A stretch of 63,971 bases of DNA, counting the filler, from Octopus bimaculoides (taxonomy: Eukaryota): assembly GCF_001194135.2 (NCBI RefSeq). It is 3 parts of 3 records of this genome, joined end to end, with 100 filler letters (N's around TTAATTAATTAA, not from the genome) between each part and the next. Parts side by side here need not be neighbours in the genome. Positions count along the whole stretch, not along the records: positions 50,493 to 63,971 come from NC_068990.1; 2 more parts are not named here. One strand, written 5' to 3'. How positions within the stretch are numbered: the stretch's first letter is position 1; the number at the start of each line of letters is the position of its first letter. Below, one piece after another: positions 63,908-63,971 of this stretch. Both the position numbers and the translations under genes were made by a program. Below the pieces are notes generated by a model that searched no databases, was not told the DNA's origin, and worked only from the letters and a program-made list of their open reading frames with translations.

Positions 63908-63971
63908 TTACCTCCGCCTTAGCGAAGGCGGAGGCATCGTTTTCAATCGTGGAAAAGATATCTCAAGAACC
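63908..63971 (+). mobile_element. HINE/DINE-like element 5' end, cut by the window edge
   Basis: TTACCTCCGCCTTAGCGAAGGCGGAGG hairpin and AAGATATCTCAAGAAC match 37806-37890. Confidence 0.6.

Overview
AT-rich, microsatellite-laden, gap-rich eukaryotic DNA. The SINE families, microsatellite load and gap style point to an octopus genome (inference). Most of the window is intronic transposon debris: several tRNA-derived SINE families, Tx1/L1-like, CR1-like and R4/Dong-like LINE fragments, Penelope-like pieces, mariner, maT and MULE remnants, and Helentron-type non-autonomous elements. Three well-supported, phase-compatible + strand exons (44552-44697, 48172-48240, 49735-49814) encode the transmembrane helix and cytoplasmic tail of an unidentified single-pass membrane protein; its other exons are only weak candidates. 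The standout is a 352-nt, highly structured, non-coding repeat unit (14207-14609) with an intact minimal type-I hammerhead ribozyme (14357-14401) at the tip of a ~50-bp helix. It looks like a non-LTR retrozyme or Penelope pLTR monomer that could yield a circular RNA. Three further hammerhead-like cores in unrelated repeats occur at 15264, 35766 and 55278, the last directly 3' of a GIY-YIG domain. Nearly all long ORFs in the track are microsatellite or N-gap artefacts. Two artificial TTAATTAATTAA linkers mark scaffold joins. Repeat boundaries are approximate (read by eye, no database search run).
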